DNA of 64,000 nucleotides, from assembly GCA_902776615.1 (NCBI GenBank), contig CACYQU010000003.1, positions 1,434 to 65,433 on the forward strand, in the 5' to 3' direction. Under the pieces are notes generated by a model. The model was given only the letters and a program-made list of their open reading frames with translations, ran no database searches and was not told where the DNA came from. The DNA is from an uncultured bacterium (GTDB lineage: Bacteria > Verrucomicrobiota > Kiritimatiellia > RFP12 > UBA1067). The position numbers and the translations under genes are program-made. This document shows, one piece after another, positions 30,338 to 40,840 of the stretch (position 1 is its first letter; the number at the start of each line of letters is the position of its first letter).

Positions 30338-31651
30338 CTAACCGATGACAAGTTCCTCCTGCGGATATCGTATGTGTCTTGCCGACTCGCGGTCGCCGAT
30401 CATCATTACGACCGCAAGCGCGCCCAGGCGCCCAACGAACATCGCGCACATTATGACGCATTTGCCCGCCGTCGAGAGGCGCGCCGTGGTGTCGCCCATC
30501 GAAAGCCCTGTTGTCGTCATGGCCGATACAGCCTCGAAAAACAGCGCGTCCAGCGTAAGCCCCGTGCTGTCTTCCGTCACCAGCAACGCCCCCACCACGA
30601 CTCCGGTGAAAGCGATGAGTGCCATGAAAATGACGAGCGATTCGCGCACAATCTCCGTCGGCACTGTCCGGCGGTCGATCACCGTCTCGGCCTCTCCGCG
30701 GCAGAGCGCGACAAGCGTGTATATAAGCACGGCGAGAGTTGTAACCTTCATTCCGGCGGCGGCAGAGCCGGGCGCGCCGCCGATGAACATCAAAAGCGTG
30801 TACACGTGGCGAGTAAGCGGACGAAGCGACTCCGTAGGCGTTATGCAGAATCCGCACGTACGCGGCGTTACCGCCTGGTAGAAGCCCGTGGTTAGCTTCT
30901 CCACGAAAGGCATGCCGGCGAGGGCGGCGTTCCACTCCACCACCATGAACGCGACGAACGCAATCGCCAACAGGCAAAACGAAAAGCGCAGCACTACCCG
31001 CGAATGAAGCGTAAGTCGCCCGCGCGCGCCAGAGGGACGGCGGAGAAACTTGAACGTGCAAAGATTGTACAGAACCAGAAAGCCCACGCTGCCGAGGATC
31101 GTCTCCACGGCCAGCGTCACCACGATCAGCGGGTCTTTCGCAAAGGACGCGATCGAGCCGGGCAGTATGCTGAAGCCTGCATTACAAAAACCCATCACTG
31201 AATAGAATATGCTCAGGTACGCATCGTGCAGACGCGTGTAGAGAATCGCCGCGCCGACGCCTTCCATCACGAGCATCGACCCCACTACCCAGCATATCAG
31301 CCCCTTCACGCCGCGAACCTCAGCCACGCCGTACGCATTCATGAGCGTGAACTCGCGCGACAGCGACAGCCGCCTGCCTATCGCGACCATGAGGAACGTA
31401 CTGACGGTCATCAATCCCAGGCAGCCGATCTCGACCAGCACCAGAAGCGCGATCTGCCCAGCAAATGAAAACTCCGATGCGACATCCACCACGCTGAGAC
31501 CTGTCACGCACACCGCCGAGCACGAGGTAAACAGCGACGTCATGAGCGGACCCCATGCGCCGTCGGCCCGCGCCCACGGAGAAGCCAGTATGAACGCGCC
31601 GACTGCAATCAAGGCGAGAAAGCCGAGCGCGACGGAGAACCGCCCCTTCAT
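30338..31651 (-). CDS. ktrB: TrkH/KtrB potassium uptake permease
   Basis: SAVCVTGL, FCNAGF, PRTCGF, GGAPGSAAAGMK, SAMTTTGLS, MFVGRLG. Confidence 0.9.
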   Translation of the reverse strand: MKGRFSVALGFLALIAVGAFILASPWARADGAWGPLMTSLFTSCSAVCVTGLSVVDVASEFSFAGQIALLVLVEIGCLGLMTVSTFLMVAIGRRLSLSREFTLMNAYGVAEVRGVKGLICWVVGSMLVMEGVGAAILYTRLHDAYLSIFYSVMGFCNAGFSILPGSIASFAKDPLIVVTLAVETILGSVGFLVLYNLCTFKFLRRPSGARGRLTLHSRVVLRFSFCLLAIAFVAFMVVEWNAALAGMPFVEKLTTGFYQAVTPRTCGFCITPTESLRPLTRHVYTLLMFIGGAPGSAAAGMKVTTLAVLIYTLVALCRGEAETVIDRRTVPTEIVRESLVIFMALIAFTGVVVGALLVTEDSTGLTLDALFFEAVSAMTTTGLSMGDTTARLSTAGKCVIMCAMFVGRLGALAVVMMIGDRESARHIRYPQEELVIG

Positions 31652-32388
31652 GCACGCTCCCTAAGCCATACGGCCCATATAGAAAGCTCGTACAGCAGGC
31701 ACAAAGGAACAGCCATCATAAGCTGGCTCATTGGATCCGGCGGCGTGAGGAACATCGCCACGACAAACGCAATCACTATCGCCGGACGCCTCTTCGCACG
31801 CAGCCCCGCGCTCGTCACAAGACCAAACCATCCGAGAACAAACAGCACCAGCGGCAACTGAAACACAAGACCGAAGGCTATCACCGTCTTCAGCACTATC
31901 GATATGTAGCCCTCTATGCGAATCGTCGTAACCGGAAGGCCAACCCACTCGTTTATCGATTGGAACGCGGTGACCACGAGAGGAAGCGTCTTTCCGTAGG
32001 CCAGTCCTACGCCAACCGTGAACAGAGTCGAGCCTGCCACAAGAACCGTAAGCAGAATCGCCTTTTCGCGCCTGGTCAGGGCAGGAAACACGAATCTCAG
32101 GACGGCATACGCCAGAAACGGAAACGAAAGCGCGGTGCCGCCCCAAAGGGCTATCGACATCATCGTCGAGAAGCCGCTTGTGAGGTCTAGTCCCTGAAGC
32201 ATGTCTTCGCTCGCGGCGGCGGGGCTTTTAAGCCACGCGAGTATCTGCGGAGAGAATACGCACGCCGCAATCACGCACACCGCCCATGCCACCGAAGCGA
32301 ACACGAGCATGTCGCGAAGCGCCATGAGGTGCTCCAGCAGAGGGCGCGGAGGATCGTTGCGCTCGTCAGGATTCTTTATGATCGGCAT
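31648..32388 (-). CDS. tatC: Twin-arginine translocase subunit TatC
   Basis: LLEHL..LR, FGLVFQLP, LTPPD..SQ, LYE. Confidence 0.93.
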   Translation of the reverse strand: MPIIKNPDERNDPPRPLLEHLMALRDMLVFASVAWAVCVIAACVFSPQILAWLKSPAAASEDMLQGLDLTSGFSTMMSIALWGGTALSFPFLAYAVLRFVFPALTRREKAILLTVLVAGSTLFTVGVGLAYGKTLPLVVTAFQSINEWVGLPVTTIRIEGYISIVLKTVIAFGLVFQLPLVLFVLGWFGLVTSAGLRAKRRPAIVIAFVVAMFLTPPDPMSQLMMAVPLCLLYELSIWAVWLRERA

Positions 32389-32692
32389 CGCCGCCCTCCT
32401 CCGCCTGCGCCGAACCGGCCACGGCCGACGGCTCGGGCTCAGGGTCAGGCTCTACGGTGAACGCGTCCTCAAGCTGGTTCTCCACATCTGCCGCAACATT
32501 GTCAAACCCTGAATCCATGTCCATCAGCTGGCGTTTGAACGAATCGGCCGCTCTGCGCATGCGCGCATACCACCTGCCGACGGTGCGTGCCGTCTCTGGA
32601 AGGCGCTTCGGTCCAACCACAACAAGCACGACGGCGAGTAGCACAAACCACTCGCCGACGCCTACATCGTTGAAGATGAACGCGAACGCCAT
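32366..32692 (-). CDS. tatB: Twin-arginine translocase subunit TatB/TatA
   Basis: GVGEW..L....LVVVGPKRLPE; adjacent to tatC. Confidence 0.82.
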   Translation of the reverse strand: MAFAFIFNDVGVGEWFVLLAVVLVVVGPKRLPETARTVGRWYARMRRAADSFKRQLMDMDSGFDNVAADVENQLEDAFTVEPDPEPEPSAVAGSAQAEEGGDADHKES

Positions 32693-32698
32693 CCGCCG

Positions 32699-33265
32699 TT
32701 ACTTCTGGTAAATGCCGAACTCGCCGCGGCGGTTCACCGACCAGGCCGACTCGTCATGCCCCTCGGCGGCAGGCTTCTCCTCGCCGTAGCTGCGGGTCTG
32801 GATTCTGTCGGCCGAAATGCCGCTCTGCACCATATAGTTGCGAATGATGGTGGAACGGTTCTCGCCAAGCGCAAGGTTATACTCGTTGGAGCCACGCTCG
32901 TCGCAATGACCCTCGACTACGACGACGCGATCGGTGCGGGCCGTAAGGTGCTCCACAACGGCATCGATCTTGCCGAGCTCGCCCTGGGGAACAACGGTGG
33001 AGTCAAAGCCGAAGTAGACTGGCGCGAATGCGACGTCGGTGCACTTCGTGTACATATCCTCGAAGTTGCCGGAAACACCTGCGGCGGATATGTCGCCCTC
33101 GTCGACATCCTGCGACGAAATGTCAGTACCGTCGATGTCGGCGCCAATCGAGGTGGCATCGCCCTCGCCATTGGTCGCGCCGCCAGCAGCGTTGTCGTAC
33201 TTGCAGCCAGTCGCCGCAAAGGCGATTGCAACCGCGAAAACTGCCATAATGCTAGAGAACTTCAT
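32699..33265 (-). CDS. pal: Peptidoglycan-associated lipoprotein (OmpA-like)
   Basis: Lipobox ATGC, YFGFDS, EGHCDERGSNEYNLALG, SYGEEKP, NRR. Confidence 0.92.
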   Translation of the reverse strand: MKFSSIMAVFAVAIAFAATGCKYDNAAGGATNGEGDATSIGADIDGTDISSQDVDEGDISAAGVSGNFEDMYTKCTDVAFAPVYFGFDSTVVPQGELGKIDAVVEHLTARTDRVVVVEGHCDERGSNEYNLALGENRSTIIRNYMVQSGISADRIQTRSYGEEKPAAEGHDESAWSVNRRGEFGIYQK

Positions 33266-33376
33266 TTGACTACTCCTTATATTGGTTAAATTTGGATAAT
33301 ATGATACCGAATATCGCCGCAGAAATCAAGCGGCAACTTTTCTGAGAGAGAGTTGGGTGCGCTCTCCCAGGAAGGT

Positions 33377-34147
33377 TCACTCCATTGGTCGCGGTCTCAT
33401 GCCGCGATGCGACGATTCGGTCGCATCGAATATATCTTTTATAGTCTCGGCGAGCTCCACCGCGTCGTCGCCCTCAAGCCCGATTGCGGACGCCGTCTGC
33501 ATAAGAAGGCTGTCGCGCTCCTCGGTGCCGAGCCGACGAAGCTCGTGGTCGGAGTTGCGCATCTGCTCGAACAGGCTCATGCGCTCCTCGTCGGAGAGAT
33601 TGGGATTGTGTATTTGCTCTTCGAGATCGTCCCGCATGGCGATGGCGTTCTGCAGTGCCTGATGCGTCTTTCTCGAGGAAGCATTCATACCAGACGTGTC
33701 GATGGACGACAAAAAGTCTATCTTGAGCGCGGCGCGTTCTCGGCGGAAATTGCGGATGCGCGCAAAATGGTTCGTCATCTGCGCAAAGCGAACGGGATCC
33801 TCCTTTTCCATTCGCGCCATGCGTTCGCGAATCTCCGCGCCGGTCGGCGGCCCCCTTCTCTCGCCGCGATCGCCCGCCGCGCGCTCCAAACTACCGGCGG
33901 CTTTCGCCGATGCCTCGTCCAGACCGCCTGCACTGCGGCCGCGCGCGGTCAACATTCCCTCAAGTTCCGCAATGCGAGCCCTCAGCGCAGCCACGCTCGC
34001 GGATTCGCCCTTGTTCTCCATAAGCGGCTTTGCCGTCTCGGCCTCGGCAGGCTCCGTCGGCGCAGGCGACTCGCCGGGCTTGACGAAATAGCCGATCGCC
34101 ACGCCAGAGATGAGCGCCGCGAATATGAACATCTGTGTCTTGACCAT
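33377..34147 (-). CDS. Hypothetical N-terminally anchored helical protein
   Basis: Fills the gap between rdgB and pal; N-terminal TM segment followed by charged coiled-coil sequence. Confidence 0.7.
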   Translation of the reverse strand: MVKTQMFIFAALISGVAIGYFVKPGESPAPTEPAEAETAKPLMENKGESASVAALRARIAELEGMLTARGRSAGGLDEASAKAAGSLERAAGDRGERRGPPTGAEIRERMARMEKEDPVRFAQMTNHFARIRNFRRERAALKIDFLSSIDTSGMNASSRKTHQALQNAIAMRDDLEEQIHNPNLSDEERMSLFEQMRNSDHELRRLGTEERDSLLMQTASAIGLEGDDAVELAETIKDIFDATESSHRGMRPRPME

Positions 34148-34148
34148 A

Positions 34149-34712
34149 TCAAACTCCAATTTTAGCGCGGGCCTCGGCAAGCGCCCGACCCCTGTGGGAA
34201 ATCGCGTTCTTTTCGCCGGCCGACAGTTCGGCAAACGAGCGGTCGAACCCGTCCGGGACAAATAGCGGGTCATACCCGAAACCGGCTACTCCGCTTGGCG
34301 CCTCGGCGATGCGGCCGTAGCACCTACCTTCGACGACGCATTCTTCGCCTTCGGGCGACACAAGCGCCACCGCGCACGTGAAGTTCGCGCGGCGGTCTTT
34401 TGCGCCTTCGAGGTTCTTCAGCAGAAGCGCGTTGTTTGCTGGCGTGTTGGACGGCTCGCCTGCATAGCGGGCGCTTCTCACGCCGGGCGCGCCGTCGAGC
34501 GCAGCCACCTCAAGACCGGAATCGTCGGCCATGCACCACGAGCCAGTGTGGCGCGATGCGATCGCGCGCACTTTTATGAGAGCGTTCCCCGCGAAATCGG
34601 GAGCGTCCTCAATTACGCCTTCGGGGTCGTCGGGGACGATTTCGAACGACGGCAGTATCTGGGAAATCTCGCGAACCTTGTGCGCGTTATGGGTCGCAAC
34701 GAACAGTTTCAT
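34149..34712 (-). CDS. rdgB: Non-canonical purine NTP pyrophosphatase (RdgB/HAM1)
   Basis: ATHNAHK, ADDSGL, PGVRSAR, GFGYDP, KNAISHR. Confidence 0.95.
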   Translation of the reverse strand: MKLFVATHNAHKVREISQILPSFEIVPDDPEGVIEDAPDFAGNALIKVRAIASRHTGSWCMADDSGLEVAALDGAPGVRSARYAGEPSNTPANNALLLKNLEGAKDRRANFTCAVALVSPEGEECVVEGRCYGRIAEAPSGVAGFGYDPLFVPDGFDRSFAELSAGEKNAISHRGRALAEARAKIGV

Positions 34713-35203
34713 TTCGCCACGACCTTTCCGGCATCGCGGAGCAGCTCGTAGAATCCGCTAACCCCAGTGTGATGCCAGTTGTCGAGCGTAACCTTTGCGC
34801 CGTCGCGCAGCCGAAGCTTCAATATGCCCTTCTTCTTCCACTGCGAAACATCGACCGACGCCACGTCGTCAATGGCATAGCGCCTGCCCTGAAAGGAAAA
34901 GCCGCGCTCGCGGTATGTGAAGCTGAATCGCGCCGCGCGAAAGACTCCGAGTCCGATTGCCGCCGCGCCTATCAGGCACAGAACCATGAACTGCTTCTGG
35001 CGCGGAATCGCGTTCGCATACACCTTCTCCGCGGCTTCGGGCGTAGGCGGCTGGCTATGCTCGATAAGCTCGTAAAGCGCATCGGGCGTCATCGACGGAT
35101 ACGTGACATAGCCGTCGTAGCCGAACCATCCCGCCATTCCAACGAGAAGCGCCGCCACGAAAATGTGGCGAGTCGCAAACTCCTTGTTAAGTTTGAGTCT
35201 CAT
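34709..35203 (-). CDS. Hypothetical two-TM membrane protein with soluble C-terminal domain
   Basis: SD AAGGAGG upstream, two hydrophobic helices, overlap-coupled to rdgB. Confidence 0.75.
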   Translation of the reverse strand: MRLKLNKEFATRHIFVAALLVGMAGWFGYDGYVTYPSMTPDALYELIEHSQPPTPEAAEKVYANAIPRQKQFMVLCLIGAAAIGLGVFRAARFSFTYRERGFSFQGRRYAIDDVASVDVSQWKKKGILKLRLRDGAKVTLDNWHHTGVSGFYELLRDAGKVVAK

Positions 35204-35221
35204 GGCGGCGACCTCCTTTGA

Positions 35222-35707
35222 CTATCTGCCGACAAGCCGCCGCTGCACCGCGGCGGTCACAAACGGTGCAGTATCGCCGCCATAGCGGGCGATCTCGCGC
35301 ACCGTGGACGCAGTTACATAGGCCAGACTTTCGCTCGGCATCATGAAAAGCGTCTCGATCTCCGGCGCAAGGCGTCGGTTGGTCAGCGCCATCTGGAACT
35401 CGTATTCGAAGTCGCTGTAAACGCGCACTCCGCGAATCACAACGCGCGCTCCCTCGCGCCGGCAGAAATCGACGAGAAGAGTATCAAGCAGCTTCACCTC
35501 GACGTTCGCGATTCCGGCGAGCGCCACGTCTTCGCGTATCATCGCCAGCCTCTCGTCTGCCGGAAACATCGCGCCTTCCTTTGAGCTCGTTGCCGCAACT
35601 GCCACTATAAGGCGGTCGTAGAGCCGCGCCGATCTTTCGATGAGGTCGAAATGGCCCTTTGTCATCGGGTCGAAAGTTCCGGGATAAACCGCAATCTTCT
35701 CTGCCAT
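35222..35707 (-). CDS. coaD: Phosphopantetheine adenylyltransferase
   Basis: YPGTFDPMTKGH, IRGVR..SDFEYE. Confidence 0.96.
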   Translation of the reverse strand: MAEKIAVYPGTFDPMTKGHFDLIERSARLYDRLIVAVAATSSKEGAMFPADERLAMIREDVALAGIANVEVKLLDTLLVDFCRREGARVVIRGVRVYSDFEYEFQMALTNRRLAPEIETLFMMPSESLAYVTASTVREIARYGGDTAPFVTAAVQRRLVGR

Positions 35708-35713
35708 GGCGTA

Positions 35714-36736
35714 TTATTTCAACCTCGCCTTGACTTCCTTGATGTCGGCCTTGAGCTTCGCCACCGTGCGCGGCAGAAGCGTGCGTGCGCCAAAATCGCG
35801 CATGCTTTCGGCGGGCGCCCCCAAGACGTACCGCACAGAACCGTCGAGCGACTGCGACACGCCCGCCTGCGGGCCGACCTGCACGCCATCCGCTATCTTG
35901 ATGTGGCCTGACACGCCCGCCTGCGCCCATATGAGGCAGCCGTAGCCGATTTCTGTCGACCCCGCGACGCCGCTCTGGGCGATAAGGCCGGAGTAGCCTT
36001 TCACTTTCACATTGTGGCCGATCTGCACGAGGTTGTCGATCTTGGTCATCGGGCCGATATACGTGCGCCCGATGCGCGCGCGGTCGATTGTCGTGTTCGA
36101 CCCGATCTCCACGCCGTCGCCAATTTCCACGATGCCAAGCTGCGGTATCTTCTCTATGAACACCGACCCGTCCTCGCGACGCCCGTTGTTGAATCCGTAG
36201 CCGTCGCCACCGAGCCGCACGCCACAGTGGATTATGCAATCCTTGCCTATGATCGTGCCCTCTCGCAACGTGACTTGCGGATAGATGTGCGTCTTGGCAC
36301 CGACCTTGCATCCTTCGCCTATGAACACCTGCGCCTCGATCACCGCGCCGTCGCCGATCTCGGCGCCCTTCTCGATGACCGTGAACGCACCAATATGCAC
36401 GCCTTCGCCAATCTTCGCAGTCGGGGCGACAACCGCCATCGGGTGCACACCTGGCGCGCGGGCGGGTTCCGGCGGGGCGAAAAGCCGCGCTGCGGCCATG
36501 CACGCGCGGTTCGGATCCGACACGCGGATGACAGTGCACGGCGCGCCGCGGTCCCACTCTGGCGGCAAAAGAACCGCGCTCGCCTTGGTGGCCTGCACCA
36601 GCTTGACGTGCTTCGTGTCTTTGCAGAAGCTCAAATCGCCGGGGCGGGCTTCTTCAAGACCGCCGCACGCGATTATCTCGACGTCTTCGCCTTCAAGGAC
36701 GCCGCCCAGGATTCCGGCCAGTTCACTTGCCTTCAT
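35714..36736 (-). CDS. lpxD: UDP-3-O-acylglucosamine N-acyltransferase
   Basis: Hexapeptide repeats, [23 protein letters not shown]. Confidence 0.94.
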   Translation of the reverse strand: MKASELAGILGGVLEGEDVEIIACGGLEEARPGDLSFCKDTKHVKLVQATKASAVLLPPEWDRGAPCTVIRVSDPNRACMAAARLFAPPEPARAPGVHPMAVVAPTAKIGEGVHIGAFTVIEKGAEIGDGAVIEAQVFIGEGCKVGAKTHIYPQVTLREGTIIGKDCIIHCGVRLGGDGYGFNNGRREDGSVFIEKIPQLGIVEIGDGVEIGSNTTIDRARIGRTYIGPMTKIDNLVQIGHNVKVKGYSGLIAQSGVAGSTEIGYGCLIWAQAGVSGHIKIADGVQVGPQAGVSQSLDGSVRYVLGAPAESMRDFGARTLLPRTVAKLKADIKEVKARLK

Positions 36737-37295
36737 TCGAGGAGTCCTTTGGACCTTTTGCGGTCGCAGGATCGACGCCCATCGCTTTGAGAATCTCAGG
36801 CGTCACGTCGAGCGACTTCTTGGAATACGGCGCGGCCGCGACGTCTATAATGAGATCGTAGCCTTCCTTCTCGGCAAAGGTGTCGATTCTCTTGTGAAGG
36901 TCTTCCGTTGTGGCCTTGAGAAGCCGCCCTTCGAGAGCTTGAAGATCCTGCTGGGACCGCGCCATCTCGCTTCGTATGGACTGCTGCCCGGCGAGGAATT
37001 TGTTCTGCACGTCGAGAAGGTCCTTTTCAAGCTTGGCCTTCGCCGAAGCCGCAAGCATTGGGTTGCGCAGCTGCTCGGTGAGGCTCTTGCCCTCCTCCTG
37101 CACGTCTTCCAGCTCGGATTTCATGCGATCGACCTTCTTGGCGTAGTCCTTCTCGGTCTCGTTGAGGAGCTTCTTGTTGGGCTCGTAGCTGGAGTGGTTG
37201 CGCACGAGCATGATCATGTCTACCGTACCTATCTTGAGGTCGGCAATTGCCGTTGCGGCGGAAACAATCGCCGCGACTAAAACAAGCTTCTTCAT
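36723..37295 (-). CDS. skp: Periplasmic chaperone Skp/OmpH
   Basis: Signal peptide, KIGTVD, coiled coil, GYDLIID, DVT; bamA-skp-lpxD synteny. Confidence 0.88.
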   Translation of the reverse strand: MKKLVLVAAIVSAATAIADLKIGTVDMIMLVRNHSSYEPNKKLLNETEKDYAKKVDRMKSELEDVQEEGKSLTEQLRNPMLAASAKAKLEKDLLDVQNKFLAGQQSIRSEMARSQQDLQALEGRLLKATTEDLHKRIDTFAEKEGYDLIIDVAAAPYSKKSLDVTPEILKAMGVDPATAKGPKDSSNEGK

Positions 37296-37331
37296 CTGCA
37301 TTCCTTTCATGTATGCTGGCACGCGCCAGAG

Positions 37332-39740
37332 TTAGAAATCGTATCCGACCGAGAACGAGAACACTTCCTTGTCGGCGTTGTCAGGCGTCTCTATGGGGGC
37401 GGCAAAGTCGAGCCTGATCGGGAACATCGGCAGGTCAATCCTGAAACCGACGCCGGCCGACCACGCGAACGTGTCGCCCAGATCCGTGTCGAACTCGTCC
37501 TCGCCGACCGAGCCCAGATCGCTGAAGAGCGCGAGGCGCAGCATCTTGACGATCGGAATCGTGTACTCGAAGTTCACGCAGAACAGCGTCTGACCGCCCC
37601 AAGGCAAGTCGTCATGGGTGTCGATGCGCTTGGCGAACGGCGACACGTGGCGGTATTCGAAGCCGCGAATCGTGCGGGGACCGCCGAGGAACATGCGGTC
37701 GTAGATCGGGATGTCGTCCGAGATGCCGTCGATGGTCTCGTAGCGGATGCCGGCCATGAACACGTGCCTGTAGCGTTCCCAGACGGTCCAGTAGTGGCGG
37801 TGGTTGAAGCCGGCGCGCCAGTATTCGTTGTCGCCGCCGGCGGTGATGTCGAAGAACAGCTGAGTACGACCGCCCTTGGTGGGCATACGGAAGTTGTCGC
37901 GCGTGTCGCGCGTCCAGAACAGCCTCACGACCGACTCCACGGCGTCGCCGTATTCGCGCTCTTCCTCGCGGAGCGAGACGGTGCGATCCTTGTAAGTCCA
38001 CTCGCCCTTTTCGACATCGTCGAACTGCACGTATTCGAGCGTGTAGCGTATGCCAAAGCGCCCGAAAGGATCCCACGTGGGCCAGAACTTCACCGGATAC
38101 GAAAGCGTCGCCGCCGCGCCGCTGCGGTAGATGTCGTACTGGTCGAACCAGCGTCCGCGGCGGTAGCCCTCAACCGTGAACTCAAGCATGCGGTCGAAGA
38201 GATGTGGCTCGGTCACGCTGGCCTCCATCGTCTGGATCCTCGGGCCCCACTGCACGTACGCGCGACCCTTCTGCCCCGCACCTCTGAACCACTTGTCCGG
38301 AGCGAACAGGTCGAAGTTGGACTGCGTCACCTCGGCGGACACGAACACCGAATCGACAGAGCTCGCGCCGACGCCGACCATGAACGAGCCAGTGTTCTTC
38401 TCTTCCACTTCGTAGACGAGGTTGCGATACTCCGCGCCGTTCTCGTCTAGGCCGCGATCGGTCTTTTCGAGATAGTACCTCACGCGGGAGAAGTAGTCCA
38501 GATTCTCGAGACGCTTCTGGCTGCGTTCGGCGCGATCCTCCAGCATCCGGTCGCCTGGTCCGAGCGCAATCTCGCGGCGGATGACTTTGTCCATGGTGTA
38601 GTCGTTGCCGCGTATCACGATGTCGTTGATCACCACCGGAACGCCCTCGTACACCTTGAACACAAGGTCGAGCGTCTGAGGATCGTCCATACGAGGTATG
38701 CGCTTCACGTCCACGCGCGTGTCGGCCAGGCCCGAATCGCCAGAGCCTACCGTGACAGCTATTCTGTGCGCCGCATCATCAAGATCCTTTTGCCCGGCGA
38801 CGGTTCCCGCGGCGGGAATGTCGCTCTTCTCGCGCACCACGCCTTCAGGATATCTCGTAAGGCCCTCTATCTTCGTTTCGCCAACGACGTAGCGCAAGCC
38901 TTCCCTGACCTGGAAGCAGAGGTTCACCTTTTCGGGATCGTCCTCGCACTCCTCGCGGCCCGGCATCGCGACCTTGACGTCGAGATAGCCGTGGTTCCTG
39001 TATATCTCCTCTATCTTCGAGACGCATATCGCAAGCTGCTCGTCGGTGATCGGCGCGTCGTTGAACCAGCCGATCGGGTTCCACCACGGATAGTCGCCGA
39101 TCGCGTCGCGCACCTCGTCTTCGTCGATATTGCCCTCGGCGGGTTCCCACCAGGCTGGCGACCACCAGGGGCTCTTTTCGAGATGCGGCGCGTCTTCGAA
39201 CACATAGCCACGCACCTTGCGGCGCGGGCCTTCTTCGATCTCGAACGTAACCGTGCATCCGCTGCCGCCTTCGATGGCCTTCGCGCTCGCGGAAACCTTC
39301 GCATCGAGGAAGTACTTCTTCTGGTACGCCGTGCGCACTTTGTCCGCCGCGGCCGCGAGATCGCCCTCGCCGTAGAGGTAGCCGTCCTTCAGCTCGCTAT
39401 CCTTGGCGACGCGGGACTCTGCGAAGTAGTCGCAGCCCTTTACGACAAGCGGCGAGTGGTAGCGCATCTTGCGCTTGACGGAGAATGTAACCGCCACGCC
39501 TTCGCCGTCGCGGTCCGCGTTGACGCGGATATCCTCGAACTCGCCCGAATCCCTGAGCGTCGTGACGTCGCGCGTTACGGTAACAGGATCGTACGCCGCG
39601 CCTTTTTTGGTCTGGCAGCGGTTGAGAACCGCCCCTACGTCACCCCCGAAGGAGTCAAGCACTTCAACCTTGACATCGGTCACTTCCGCTGCGAATGCGG
39701 ATGCACCGATCATGGCAAACAAGACTAGCAGTTTTTTCAT
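37332..39740 (-). CDS. bamA: Outer membrane protein assembly factor BamA
   Basis: Signal peptide, POTRA repeats (GNDYT.DKVIRRE), GGPRTIRGF, PIRLDFA, terminal F. Confidence 0.92.
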   Translation of the reverse strand: MKKLLVLFAMIGASAFAAEVTDVKVEVLDSFGGDVGAVLNRCQTKKGAAYDPVTVTRDVTTLRDSGEFEDIRVNADRDGEGVAVTFSVKRKMRYHSPLVVKGCDYFAESRVAKDSELKDGYLYGEGDLAAAADKVRTAYQKKYFLDAKVSASAKAIEGGSGCTVTFEIEEGPRRKVRGYVFEDAPHLEKSPWWSPAWWEPAEGNIDEDEVRDAIGDYPWWNPIGWFNDAPITDEQLAICVSKIEEIYRNHGYLDVKVAMPGREECEDDPEKVNLCFQVREGLRYVVGETKIEGLTRYPEGVVREKSDIPAAGTVAGQKDLDDAAHRIAVTVGSGDSGLADTRVDVKRIPRMDDPQTLDLVFKVYEGVPVVINDIVIRGNDYTMDKVIRREIALGPGDRMLEDRAERSQKRLENLDYFSRVRYYLEKTDRGLDENGAEYRNLVYEVEEKNTGSFMVGVGASSVDSVFVSAEVTQSNFDLFAPDKWFRGAGQKGRAYVQWGPRIQTMEASVTEPHLFDRMLEFTVEGYRRGRWFDQYDIYRSGAAATLSYPVKFWPTWDPFGRFGIRYTLEYVQFDDVEKGEWTYKDRTVSLREEEREYGDAVESVVRLFWTRDTRDNFRMPTKGGRTQLFFDITAGGDNEYWRAGFNHRHYWTVWERYRHVFMAGIRYETIDGISDDIPIYDRMFLGGPRTIRGFEYRHVSPFAKRIDTHDDLPWGGQTLFCVNFEYTIPIVKMLRLALFSDLGSVGEDEFDTDLGDTFAWSAGVGFRIDLPMFPIRLDFAAPIETPDNADKEVFSFSVGYDF

Positions 39741-39745
39741 GGTTG

Positions 39746-40840
39746 TTATTTTATCATATTTAGGGCCTGTTTCATAGTATCCCTGTCGATTTCTTCGACA
39801 ATGGATCCGCCAAGTCCGTTCGGAACCACAAGCTTCTCGGACCCGGTCGAAAGCCTCCACGCGTCAAGGCCGCGCATCACAGCATCGGTCTGGGCGACAA
39901 GATGGCGGCTGTGCATGGCGCCGTCCATCGCGCCGCAATCCTCTAGGGCGCGCATTACGACGGCGCGGTCCTGCTCTGACATAAACCCGCGCAGCTGTGC
40001 GTACGCGGTATCCACCGCAACGCCTATTGCAATCGCATAGCCGTGGGGCAGCTTGTAGCCGCTCATCGCCTCAAGGCGCAGCGCGGACCACAGGCCGAAG
40101 TCGGATCCGCCGCACTTTCTGCGCGCGGCGACCGACCCTTTCACCGTCTCGACCATCGCGTCGTCGCTGCGGCGGCTGTACTCCAGTGCTATCTCCGCGA
40201 GGCGATTCATGAGGCTTGCGTCGGCTATCGTCGCTATGCGCACAGCCTCTGAAAAGCCCGCGCGCCAAACACCGTCGAGAACCGTCGAAGCGAAGCGCGT
40301 GTCAATTATGACAGCCGCCGGACGGCATGCAATCTTGAGCGCATCCTTTACGCATGCGCTGTCGAGTGCCGCAAATTCGGCGAAGCCGGCCTCTATCATC
40401 GCGGCGACGGTGGTCGGCACGCGAACGACTTTTATGCCGCCGCGCGTCTGCGCGGCCGCCCAGCCGGCAACATCCATTACAGTGCCGCCACCAAGCGCGA
40501 GGATGCAATCGCCCACGCCTATCTTGGCGTCGATCGCGGCGTTGGTCACACGCATTGCGCAGTGAAGGTTGTCGCATTTTATCTTTTCCCCGCCAGGCAG
40601 CACCACGGGGTTGTCCACAAGCTCTATTCCGTTGGACTTTACATACCGGCCTATTTTCGTGCCGAGTCCCTCCGTGTGCTGCACCACGTTCATGTCGGCG
40701 ACGAGCATAATCCTCGGATTCTCGGATCCAGTCACGCTGCGCAGCGCGTCCGCCAAAGCGACGTTTCCGTCACCAAACACGTCTTCAGTCAATACAACGG
40801 GGCAATCGCCTCCGTCGCTACCGCTTTTTGATGTTTTCAT
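39746..40840 (-). CDS. 3-dehydroquinate synthase (AroB)-like protein with degenerate active site
   Basis: PGGE..K, ALGGG...D..G, RVPTT and LPHG present, but GGK and GHxxxH motifs replaced. Confidence 0.8.
   Translation of the reverse strand: MKTSKSGSDGGDCPVVLTEDVFGDGNVALADALRSVTGSENPRIMLVADMNVVQHTEGLGTKIGRYVKSNGIELVDNPVVLPGGEKIKCDNLHCAMRVTNAAIDAKIGVGDCILALGGGTVMDVAGWAAAQTRGGIKVVRVPTTVAAMIEAGFAEFAALDSACVKDALKIACRPAAVIIDTRFASTVLDGVWRAGFSEAVRIATIADASLMNRLAEIALEYSRRSDDAMVETVKGSVAARRKCGGSDFGLWSALRLEAMSGYKLPHGYAIAIGVAVDTAYAQLRGFMSEQDRAVVMRALEDCGAMDGAMHSRHLVAQTDAVMRGLDAWRLSTGSEKLVVPNGLGGSIVEEIDRDTMKQALNMIK
39748..39756 (-). promoter_or_regulatory. Extended -10 TGATAAAAT, leaderless promoter for bamA
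   Basis: Hexamer ends 7 nt before the bamA ATG and overlaps the end of the upstream gene. Confidence 0.5.

Noticed and set aside
11845-39860. Apparent gene fusions in the track (e.g. 12918..13898, 23571..25106, 24440..25849, 27775..29532, 29097..31061)
   Set aside because: The N-terminal extensions are off-frame read-backs into upstream genes; true starts were reassigned at stop/start overlaps.
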